Source of the DNA: an uncultured Candidatus Rokubacteria bacterium
Lineage (GTDB): Bacteria > Methylomirabilota > Methylomirabilia > Rokubacteriales > DASRDR01
Length of the DNA stretch: 64,000 nucleotides
Assembly (NCBI GenBank): GCA_963826115.1
Contig: CAWGVS010000005.1
Coordinates: 992,001 to 1,056,000 of the forward strand
Direction: 5' to 3'
Shown: piece after piece, positions 56,659-64,000 of the stretch
Layout: every line of letters begins with the position of its first letter
Position numbering within the stretch: position 1 is the stretch's first letter
Notes under the pieces: model-generated
What the model saw: the letters and a program-made list of their open reading frames with translations, nothing else
Database searches by the model: none
Told to the model about the DNA's origin: nothing
Made by a program: the position numbers and the translations under genes

Positions 56659-57354
56659 GTGACGCGCCAGGCCACCTCTCCGCGGCGCCGGTCCGGCGGC
56701 CCGCTTGCCACGTACCACGCGAAACGGGACTTCCGCCGGACACCCGAGCCGCGGGGGGCGCGACCGCCCCGGAGGGCCGGGGCGAGCTTCGTCGTTCAGA
56801 AGCACGACGCCACGCGCCTGCACTACGACTTCCGTCTGGAGGTCGGTGGCGTCCTCAAGAGCTGGGCCGTGCCCAAAGGCCCGAGCCTGGACCCAGCGGA
56901 CAAGCGTCTCGCCATGCAGACCGAGGATCATCCCCTGGAGTACGGAGGCTTCGAGGGCGTGATCCCGGCGGGCGAATACGGCGGCGGGCCCGTGCTGCTC
57001 TGGGACCGCGGCACGTGGACGCCCGATGGGGACCCGGAGGCCGCCCTCCGGAAGGGCGTGCTGAAGTTCACGCTGTCCGGCAAGAAGCTCCACGGAGGCT
57101 GGGCCCTCGTCCGGCTGCGCGGTCGAGACCGGCGCGACGCTGCCGGGCGGACGTGGCTCCTCGTCAAGGAGCGGGACTCGGACGCGCGACCGGGCCGGTC
57201 GGCCAGCATCACCGACCGGCGCCCCGAGAGCGTCGCGAGCGGCCGCCGCATCGAGGACGTCGGCGCGGGACGCGATCGGGCCCGCCGCCCGAAACGCGCG
57301 GCGCCGGCCGCCTCTCGGAAGCGCGCCGCACGCCCGGGACCGCGCCCGACATGA
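56659..57354 (+). CDS. LigD 3'-phosphoesterase domain, stand-alone
   Basis: YxxKRDFxxTPEP, FVVQKHDATRLHYDFRLE, SWAVPKGPS, EDHPLEY and WDRG motifs. Confidence 0.92.
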   Translation: MTRQATSPRRRSGGPLATYHAKRDFRRTPEPRGARPPRRAGASFVVQKHDATRLHYDFRLEVGGVLKSWAVPKGPSLDPADKRLAMQTEDHPLEYGGFEGVIPAGEYGGGPVLLWDRGTWTPDGDPEAALRKGVLKFTLSGKKLHGGWALVRLRGRDRRDAAGRTWLLVKERDSDARPGRSASITDRRPESVASGRRIEDVGAGRDRARRPKRAAPAASRKRAARPGPRPT

Positions 57355-58349
57355 CCTCCGGCGGCAAGACCGCGCCCCTCCCCAGGTTCATCGCGCCCCA
57401 GCTGGCGACCCTCGTCGCCGCGCCTCCCTCGGGGGAGGAGTGGTTCCACGAGACGAAGTTCGACGGCTACCGGATCCTGTGCCGGATCGACCGAGGGCGC
57501 GCCACGCTCTGGAGCCGGAACGCGAAGGACTGGACCACCCGTTTCCCCGAGGTGGCCGAGGCGGCGGCCGGTCTGCCCGTGCGCCAGGCGTACCTCGACG
57601 GCGAGATCGCCATGCTCCTGCCGAACGGGACGACCAGCTTCCAGTCGCTCCAGAACTCCACGTCCGCCGGCGCCGCGGGCCAGGTCGTGTACTTCGTCTT
57701 CGATCTTCTCCACCTCGACGGGCAGGACCTGGCCGGCGCCTCGCTCGCGGCGCGGAAGGCCGCGCTGAAGCGGCTCGTCGGCCGCCGACGCAACGGCGCC
57801 CTCCGCTACAGCGATCACGTCACAGGCCAGGGCGACGCGTTCTTCCGGCAGGCGTGCCGGCGGTCCCTCGAGGGGATCGTGTCGAAGCGCCGCGACGCGC
57901 CCTACGAGTCTGGACGGGGACGCAGTTGGCTCAAGGTCAAGTGCGTTCAGGAGCAGGAGTTCGTCATCGCTGGCTTCACCGAGCCCCAGGGCTCGCGCGC
58001 CGGTCTCGGCGCGCTCCTGGTCGGCGTCCACGACGGGAGCGGCAGTCTCGCGTACGCGGGCCGGGTCGGAACCGGCTTCACGGAGGCTTCGGCGCGCAGC
58101 CTCCGCGAGCGGCTCGACCGCCTGCGCGTTCCGCGCTCGCCGTTCCGCGACCGAGTACCGGGGGCCGCGGCCGCCCTCTGGGTCAAGCCGGTCCTCGTCG
58201 GCGAGGTCGCGTTCACCGAGTGGACCGCGGACGGGCGGCTCCGTCATCCCGCGTTCAAGGGGCTCCGGGAGGACAAGCCCGCCGCCGACGTCGTGCGCGA
58301 GCGGCCGGCCTCGACGGGGCGAGCGCTCCGCGAGCGGCGGTCTCGTTGA
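57351..58349 (+). CDS. ligD: LigD ATP-dependent DNA ligase domain, stand-alone
   Basis: ETKFDGYR, LDGEI, FDLL, EGIVSK, WLKVK and LRHPAFKGLREDK motifs. Confidence 0.92.
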   Translation: MTSGGKTAPLPRFIAPQLATLVAAPPSGEEWFHETKFDGYRILCRIDRGRATLWSRNAKDWTTRFPEVAEAAAGLPVRQAYLDGEIAMLLPNGTTSFQSLQNSTSAGAAGQVVYFVFDLLHLDGQDLAGASLAARKAALKRLVGRRRNGALRYSDHVTGQGDAFFRQACRRSLEGIVSKRRDAPYESGRGRSWLKVKCVQEQEFVIAGFTEPQGSRAGLGALLVGVHDGSGSLAYAGRVGTGFTEASARSLRERLDRLRVPRSPFRDRVPGAAAALWVKPVLVGEVAFTEWTADGRLRHPAFKGLREDKPAADVVRERPASTGRALRERRSR

Positions 58350-59323
58350 GTCCCGGACGGAGACGGGCTGCCTCGGGAAAGACCCGGGAGCCGGCTGATA
58401 CCCAGGCGGTCGCCGGCGTCCCGATCACGCACCCGGACCGCGTCGTCTATCCGGAGGACGGGATCACGAAAATTCGCCTTGCGCGCTACTACGAGGCGGT
58501 GGCCCAGCGCCTCCTGCCCCATCTCGGGCCGCGTCCGGCCGTGCTGGTGCGCTGCCCGGACGGCATCGCCCATCCGTGCTTCTACCAGAAGCACGCGGGT
58601 CCCTGGACCCCGCGGTCGCTTCGCAGGGTCAGGATCCGAGAGAAGACGAAGACCGGCCAGTATCTAGTCGTCGAGGACGTGATCGGCCTGGTCGGGCTGG
58701 TCCAGATGGGCGCCATCGAGTTCCACACCTGGAACGCCGCCGCCGACCGGCTCGAGGCGCCCGATCGCCTCGTGTTCGACCTCGACCCGGGCCCCGACGT
58801 GCCCTGGTCGGCGGTGGTGGCCGCGGCGCGGCTCGTGCGAGCCGCCCTCGAGGCCCGCGGCCTCGCGAGCTTCGTGAAGACCACCGGCGGCAAGGGGCTC
58901 CACGTCGTCGCCCCGATCGAGCCCGCCCCCGGCTGGGACGCGTGCGTCGCCTTCGCGAGCGACGTCGCGGAGGCGCTGGTGGCCGAGGCGCCGCACGCCT
59001 TCACGACCACGATGGCCAAGGCCGCCCGACCCGGAAAGATCTTCATCGACTACTTCCGGAATCAGCGGGGTGCCACCTCGGTAGCGGCCTACTCGACCCG
59101 CGCGCGGCCCGGTGCGCCGGTCTCGACGCCCGTCAGCTGGGAGGAGCTCGCCAAGGTCCGCTCCGGAAGCCACTTCGCCATCGATACCGTCGAGCGCCGA
59201 CTCGCCAAGCTCCCCCGCGATTCGTGGGCGGGTTACGGACGTCTCGCGCAGAAGCTCCCGGCGGCCCGCTTGCGAGCCCGTCGAGCTTTACCGTCGTCAC
59301 CGCGCGACCGAACGTCGCGCTGA
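58346..59323 (+). CDS. LigD primase-polymerase domain, stand-alone
   Basis: ITHPDRV, RCPDG, FYQKH, VFDLDP, KTTGGKGLH and FIDYFRN; TTG overlaps the upstream TGA. Confidence 0.88.
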   Translation: MSPGRRRAASGKTREPADTQAVAGVPITHPDRVVYPEDGITKIRLARYYEAVAQRLLPHLGPRPAVLVRCPDGIAHPCFYQKHAGPWTPRSLRRVRIREKTKTGQYLVVEDVIGLVGLVQMGAIEFHTWNAAADRLEAPDRLVFDLDPGPDVPWSAVVAAARLVRAALEARGLASFVKTTGGKGLHVVAPIEPAPGWDACVAFASDVAEALVAEAPHAFTTTMAKAARPGKIFIDYFRNQRGATSVAAYSTRARPGAPVSTPVSWEELAKVRSGSHFAIDTVERRLAKLPRDSWAGYGRLAQKLPAARLRARRALPSSPRDRTSR

Positions 59324-59398
59324 CGACACCCTGACGCGTCCAACCGTCTCGATTCGGCCCGTCGTCAGCTTCTCACCGCGCGCTCTGTCAAGTCGCCA

Positions 59399-59415
59399 CA
59401 GGCAACGCGCTTGCA
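59399..59415 (+). promoter_or_regulatory. Sigma54-like promoter upstream of DUF6496-cls
   Basis: CAGGCAACGCGCTTGCA: GG(59401-02)-N10-GC(59413-14), with TTGCA. Confidence 0.55.
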
Positions 59416-59490
59416 CGGAAATCGAGAGGGGAGCGCCACGCCGACGAGATCGACCGGTGCTCGGCTCTCTCGTCACCGAACGGAGGATCG

Positions 59491-59667
59491 ATGGCCAGGT
59501 ACAGCCGGGGCGCGGGCGAGGCCGTGAAGTCCGCCATGCGCCGTCGCAAGAAGCGCACGCTGCGAAGCGGCAGCGGGAAACGGGTCACGAGCCGAAAGCA
59601 GGCCATCGCGATCGGCCTGTCCGAGGCGCGCGAGAAGGGCGCCCGCGTCCCGAGACGGTCGAAGTGA
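59491..59667 (+). CDS. DUF6496-type small basic protein (58 aa)
   Basis: Not in the ORF track. GGAGG RBS; MARYSRGAGEAVKSAMRRRKKRTLRSGSGKRVTSRKQAIAIGLSEAREKGARVPRRSK. Confidence 0.85.
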   Translation: MARYSRGAGEAVKSAMRRRKKRTLRSGSGKRVTSRKQAIAIGLSEAREKGARVPRRSK

Positions 59668-60950
59668 ACGTCCGTCTCCGCAGCACCGACCCCGGGCGCG
59701 CGCGCCGCCCCAGGGCCGCGGCGCTGGTGCTGCTCCTGGCCCTCGGAGCGGGCTCCTGCTCGAACGTGCCGGTTCACCGCACGCTCCCCGCGATGAACCT
59801 CGGAGAGCCCGCGTTCTTCCCCACCCTGGAGGCGCACGCGCAGGCGCCCATCGTCGGGGGCAACCGCCTGACGCTCCTGCTGAACGGCGACCAGATCTAC
59901 CCGGCGATTCTGGAGGCCATCCGAGGCGCCAAGTCGAGCATCACCTATGCCCAGTACAGCTACGAGGACGGCCCGATCTCGCGGGACCTCGCCGAGGCCA
60001 TCGCCGCGCGCTGCCAGAGCGGCGTCAGGGCCCACGTCCTCCTCGACAGCGTGGGGACGCTCCCCATGCCGCGCGAGTACGGCGAGCTGATGTCCAAGGC
60101 TGGCTGCGAGGTGGTCGCATTCCGGCCGATCGGGCCCTTCGGCCTCCGGCGCGCGAACAACCGCAACCACCGGAGGATCCTCGTGGTCGACGGGCGGATC
60201 GGCTTCACCGGCGGCTCCGGCGTCAGCGAGAAGTGGATGGGGAATGGCCGCCAGCCCGATCACTGGCGGGACACGGACGTCCAGATCGAGGGACCGGTGG
60301 TGGAGTACCTCCAGGGCGCGTTCGCGGAGAACTGGGTCGAGGCCACCGGGACGGTCCTTGGCGGGGCTGACTACTTCCCCGCCCCCACGGGCGCCAAGGG
60401 CCGGACGTACGCGCAGATCATCCGGAGCGGACCGACGGGCGGAAGCTACGCGATGTACACGACGTTCCTGCTGGCCATCTCGTCGGCTCGCCGCTCCATC
60501 AAGGTCACGAACCCGTACGTGCTGCTCGACGATCAGATGATCGAGACCCTGGTCCAGGCCGCGCGGCGCGGCGTCCGCATCAGCTTCCTGGTGCCTGGCG
60601 TGACGGACCATCCGCTCGTGCGCCACGCGGGGCGGAGGCAGTTCGGCCGGCTCCTCGAGGCGGGCATCGAGATCCACGAGTACACGGCCGCCATGCTCCA
60701 CGCCAAGACGATCATCATCGACGGCATCTGGGCGACGATCGGCAGCACGAACCTCGACTACCGCTCATTCCGGCTGAACGACGAGCTGAACGTCGTCGCC
60801 TACGACACCACGTTCGCCGCCCAGCTCGACCGGGTGTTCGAGGAGGATCTCCGCTACGCTCAGCGCATCGACCTCGAGGCCTGGCGCGACCGCAGCGTCC
60901 GGGGTCGCATGTTCGAGCTGCTGGCGATCCCGCTCGAGAGCAACCTCTGA
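59664..60950 (+). CDS. Cardiolipin synthase-like phospholipase D (ClsB-type)
   Basis: LLLNGD, NHRRILVVDG (variant HKD1), WRDT, LHAKTIIID and GSTNLDYRS; GTGA overlap. Confidence 0.9.
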   Translation: MNVRLRSTDPGRARRPRAAALVLLLALGAGSCSNVPVHRTLPAMNLGEPAFFPTLEAHAQAPIVGGNRLTLLLNGDQIYPAILEAIRGAKSSITYAQYSYEDGPISRDLAEAIAARCQSGVRAHVLLDSVGTLPMPREYGELMSKAGCEVVAFRPIGPFGLRRANNRNHRRILVVDGRIGFTGGSGVSEKWMGNGRQPDHWRDTDVQIEGPVVEYLQGAFAENWVEATGTVLGGADYFPAPTGAKGRTYAQIIRSGPTGGSYAMYTTFLLAISSARRSIKVTNPYVLLDDQMIETLVQAARRGVRISFLVPGVTDHPLVRHAGRRQFGRLLEAGIEIHEYTAAMLHAKTIIIDGIWATIGSTNLDYRSFRLNDELNVVAYDTTFAAQLDRVFEEDLRYAQRIDLEAWRDRSVRGRMFELLAIPLESNL

Positions 60951-60961
60951 GCGGGACCCGG

Positions 60962-62008
60962 CTACCAGGGAATCGTCTGGCCGGGGCTGAGGATCGCGAC
61001 CTGTTCCTCGATGCCGCGCCGGAGGGCCTCCCGGAGGAGACGATCGGGCGGCTCGCGGAAGGGCTCGCGGTTCATGTCGAAGGTCCCCCAGTGCATCGGC
61101 ACCAGGAGCCGCCCCTGCACGTCCTCGAAGAGCTGCACCGCCTCCTCGGGGTTCACGTGGTTGGGGTGCCCCGTGCGGAAGGTGTCGTACCCGCCGATGG
61201 GGATCGCCGCGACGTCGAACGGTCCGAGCCTCTCCCCGACCTGGCGGAAGCGGGCGTCGTACCCCGTGTCGCCCGCGAAAAAGAACCGCTTCGACGGTCC
61301 GAGCACCGCCCACGATGACCAGAGCCGGAGGTACTGGTCGGCGAGCGTGCGGCCCGAGGAGTGCTGCGCGGGCGTGCACACGAAGGTCAGGCCCCGGTAC
61401 TCGCTCCGCTCCCACCAGTCCAGCTCCACGACGTCCACGATTCCCCGCTCACGAAGCCACGCGCGAAGCCCGAGGGGGACGAAGAAGCGGGGGCGATGCT
61501 CCCGCGCCAGCCGCTCCACGGTCTGCGCGTCCAGGTGGTCGTAGTGGTCGTGCGAGATCACCACAGCGTGGATCGGTGGGAGATCGCCGAATCCGAGGCC
61601 GGGCGGCACGAGCCGGCGCGGGCCCGCGAACGCCACGGGGCTCGCGCGGTCGCCCCAGATCGGGTCGGTGAGGATGTTCACTCCGTCGATCTGGACGAGG
61701 AAGGTGGAGTGTCCGACCCAGGTGATCGTCGGATGCGTTCCGTTGGCTCGGAGCTCCTCCCCGTCGTTGCCCAGCACCGCCAGCGCAGCTCCCCGGGGGC
61801 GATGGGGCGACAGAGCGCGCATGACGAAGTGTCGAACGCGAACACCGACGCCGTACTGATAGCCGTCGTCGAGGTTTCGGAAGCCTTGACGGAGATGGTG
61901 GACGGTCGTCCGGTCTACACCGGCGGACTCGACGTTCAGGACGGCCGTGGGAGCCAGGGCCAGCGCGAGCAGCGAGACGAGCGAGATCGCGCGAGTGACG
62001 CGGGACAT
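60962..62008 (-). CDS. MBL-fold metallo-hydrolase (NAPE-PLD/RomA-like), exported
   Basis: WVGHST, LTDP, SHDHYDH, PAQH, AGDTGY, PIGGY and PMHWGTF; signal peptide. Confidence 0.9.
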   Translation of the reverse strand: MSRVTRAISLVSLLALALAPTAVLNVESAGVDRTTVHHLRQGFRNLDDGYQYGVGVRVRHFVMRALSPHRPRGAALAVLGNDGEELRANGTHPTITWVGHSTFLVQIDGVNILTDPIWGDRASPVAFAGPRRLVPPGLGFGDLPPIHAVVISHDHYDHLDAQTVERLAREHRPRFFVPLGLRAWLRERGIVDVVELDWWERSEYRGLTFVCTPAQHSSGRTLADQYLRLWSSWAVLGPSKRFFFAGDTGYDARFRQVGERLGPFDVAAIPIGGYDTFRTGHPNHVNPEEAVQLFEDVQGRLLVPMHWGTFDMNREPFREPPDRLLREALRRGIEEQVAILSPGQTIPW

Positions 62009-62124
62009 CGAAAGGGCGCCTCCAGCCGGGGAGCTCCGACCCTCTTGGCGAGGGTCGCTGACCAAGTCAGCGTAGCACGCGCGTCATCTGATTTCTCCGG
62101 CACCCCAGGGTGCCGGGACGCGGC

Positions 62125-62141
62125 CTGGCATTCCAGTTGCG
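62125..62141 (+). promoter_or_regulatory. Sigma54-like promoter upstream of the small membrane protein
   Basis: CTGGCATTCCAGTTGCG: TGGCA...TTGC, GG(62127-28)-N10-GC(62139-40). Confidence 0.6.
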
Positions 62142-62152
62142 TGAGCTAGGGC

Positions 62153-62410
62153 ATGGTCACTCGGTCCCGAGCTTGCCGCGTGCGCATGGTGGCCCCCAGA
62201 CCGGTGATGGCACGAGTCCGCGCGATCGTGGGCGTGCTCCTGCTCGTCGTCGGCCTGGTCGGGCTCGTACTCCCGATCATCCCGGGGATTCCGCTACTGC
62301 TGGCGGGAGTCGCCCTCACAGGCAAGGACCATCCCCTCGTCCGCCCCGTTCTCGTCCGGCTGAGGCGCCTCCATGCTCGCTGGCAGTCCCGTCGGGTGCC
62401 AGCCAAGTGA
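62153..62410 (+). CDS. Small PGPGW-like membrane protein
   Basis: GLVGLVLPIIPGIPLLLAG hairpin; start may be at 62153, 62186 or 62207. Confidence 0.7.
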   Translation: MVTRSRACRVRMVAPRPVMARVRAIVGVLLLVVGLVGLVLPIIPGIPLLLAGVALTGKDHPLVRPVLVRLRRLHARWQSRRVPAK

Positions 62411-62438
62411 CGGAAGGGGGCCGCACCGCCCCGCGTCG

Positions 62439-63164
62439 TCAGGCCTTCGTGGAGCCCCGAGACTGTCGGCGGCCGGCCGGACGCCGCCCCGTTTCGGCGG
62501 GAACGTCGGACGAGCGTAGCCATGGCGCGGCCTTGGCCAGGATGCCCGGCTGCGGAGTGAGCCGCGCCGGTCTCGGCCCGTGGCGGGGCGCCTTCAGCAC
62601 CGAGACGTAGTCGAGCTCGCGGCCCTCGCTCACGCAGCGAAGCAGGAGGCCGCCCCGGCTCATGTCGCCACGTCCGACGAACTCCGACGGGAAGACGAGC
62701 CGATCCCCAAAGACCTCTCCCAGGACCTCCACGTACTTCCCGCTTGCCACGCTCCCGAGGAGCACCATCTCCCACGCCGGCTGGTCCTTCAGGGACGCGG
62801 CGATCGCCCGCGCGTCCCGGAGCAGGGGCCGACGGTACCGGCCGTCCGACGGATCCACGTCGATGCTGCCGTAGCGTCGCAGGAGGGGCCGCCCGACGCG
62901 ATCGTCGGGCGAGCGGAGGCCCTGGCATGGCGTGATCACCATGACTCCGGGCAACCCGGCCGGCGGGCGCGCGAAGAACCGCGAGTACGCGAGCTTGCCC
63001 CGGAAGTAGAGCCCGCTCATGAAGCTGAATACCTCGCCGAGCGGGGCCCCGTCCCGGGTGCGCAACCGCCGGGCGAGATCGAAGCGGGCTTGCTCCCTGA
63101 GCACCAGGCGAGCCCGCTCGCCCCCGCAGTGGGCCGGAGAGAGCAGGAAGACGCGCACGCTCAT
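62439..63164 (-). CDS. Conserved hypothetical protein (possibly YaaA/DUF328-like fold)
   Basis: FLLSPA, SGLYFRGK, VLLGSVASGKY and GRGDMSRGGLLLR; ATGA overlap. Confidence 0.7.
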   Translation of the reverse strand: MSVRVFLLSPAHCGGERARLVLREQARFDLARRLRTRDGAPLGEVFSFMSGLYFRGKLAYSRFFARPPAGLPGVMVITPCQGLRSPDDRVGRPLLRRYGSIDVDPSDGRYRRPLLRDARAIAASLKDQPAWEMVLLGSVASGKYVEVLGEVFGDRLVFPSEFVGRGDMSRGGLLLRCVSEGRELDYVSVLKAPRHGPRPARLTPQPGILAKAAPWLRSSDVPAETGRRPAGRRQSRGSTKA

Positions 63165-64000
63165 CGACGCGGTGGGCGCTTGCCTGTCCGCGCTCCGCCT
63201 CGGACGCTCCTGGACCGCCGCGATGTCGCCGGAGATCGCCGCCGCACGCGGCCGGCGGGCTGCCAGCCTTCGTAGAAGGGATGGCCTGCGCGCAGCGGCA
63301 AGCTCACGGGAGCGCCCGTCCGGGCGGATTCGTAGATCGCCGTGATGAGCTCGAGCGACGCTCGCGCGTCAGCGAGGGTGACCGGCAGCTCGCTCCCCGA
63401 GGCGAGAGCCCGATGGTAGCGCGCGAACTGGCCGGCGTACCCCTCGGGGCCGGGCTCGAAGCCTCCGAGCGCCTCCGCGATCCGCGCGTCGACCTCGGGT
63501 GTGTCCCCCGTGAACGTCCACGGATCGTGAGAGCTCCGGTAGGGCGCCGTGTTGCTCTCGGCGCTCAGGTTGGCGAAGCAGAACCGCTGCCGGCTCATCT
63601 CGTGCGCCGAGCCGGTCGTCACCGAGAGCGTGGCGAGCGACCCGTCGGCCATCTCGAGCCAGATCGCCGCGCAGTCCTCGGTCTCGATCGGGTTCACGAG
63701 GGTCGTGAGCCGGGCCGAGACGGTCCGCACGGGCCCGAGGACGTAGGTCACGAGGTCGTGGCCGTGGATCGCCAGGTTCACGATGGGACCGCCGAGCTCG
63801 GTCGCCCACCGGGAGCGCCAGGGCACGGCGTAGTAGGCGGGCCGCCGCCGCCAGGCCGTCTCGGCCGTCGCCAGGTACGCCCGGCCCGCGATCCCGCGCT
63901 CCACGAGGCGCCGGAGCTTCTGGATGCCGTGGCCGAACCGGTACTGAAAGATCGGCATCACCCGGCGGCCCGACCGCTTCTCGGCGCGGATCACCCGGTC
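63161..64000 (-). CDS. Gfo/Idh/MocA family oxidoreductase (5' end outside the window)
   Basis: FQYRF, ELGGPIVNLAIHGHD and IETED motifs. Confidence 0.88.
   Translation of the reverse strand, partial: DRVIRAEKRSGRRVMPIFQYRFGHGIQKLRRLVERGIAGRAYLATAETAWRRRPAYYAVPWRSRWATELGGPIVNLAIHGHDLVTYVLGPVRTVSARLTTLVNPIETEDCAAIWLEMADGSLATLSVTTGSAHEMSRQRFCFANLSAESNTAPYRSSHDPWTFTGDTPEVDARIAEALGGFEPGPEGYAGQFARYHRALASGSELPVTLADARASLELITAIYESARTGAPVSLPLRAGHPFYEGWQPAGRVRRRSPATSRRSRSVRGGARTGKRPPRR

Overview
A very GC-rich, densely coding bacterial chromosomal segment of about 67 genes. No rRNA, tRNA, CRISPR array, integrase or transposase was recognised. The gene repertoire resembles Candidatus Rokubacteria/Methylomirabilota-type soil bacteria (inference only). 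Main blocks: (1) an oxalate-oxidoreductase-like 2-oxoacid:ferredoxin oxidoreductase operon with an altered active-site loop, running off the left edge; (2) mixed housekeeping genes (PPOX-family, trans-sulfuration enzyme, HAD, MOSC-like/Smr fusion, corrinoid reductive activator, YchF, QueF, Cys-variant ClpS); (3) a polyhydroxyalkanoate cluster (phaP, phaR, phaB, phaJ, phaE, class III phaC) co-oriented with acyl-CoA feeding enzymes, including a probable heterodimeric family III CoA-transferase, with a shared candidate PhaR operator; (4) a circularly permuted ATP-grasp/alpha-E/transglutaminase system whose transglutaminase ends in poly-Gln, followed by SppA and a GT2-RmlC-GT2 triad; (5) further acyl-CoA metabolism, a sirtuin, a PHD-like oxygenase and a CHASE3 hybrid kinase; (6) a His-rich LVIVD beta-propeller heading a Liv-type ABC importer; (7) a stress-type island with LigD split into three coupled ORFs, DedA, DUF6496, cardiolipin synthase and three sigma54-like promoters. 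Start codons were re-picked by eye because many ORF-track entries are over-extended or GC shadow ORFs. All family assignments come from motif recognition, not database searches.
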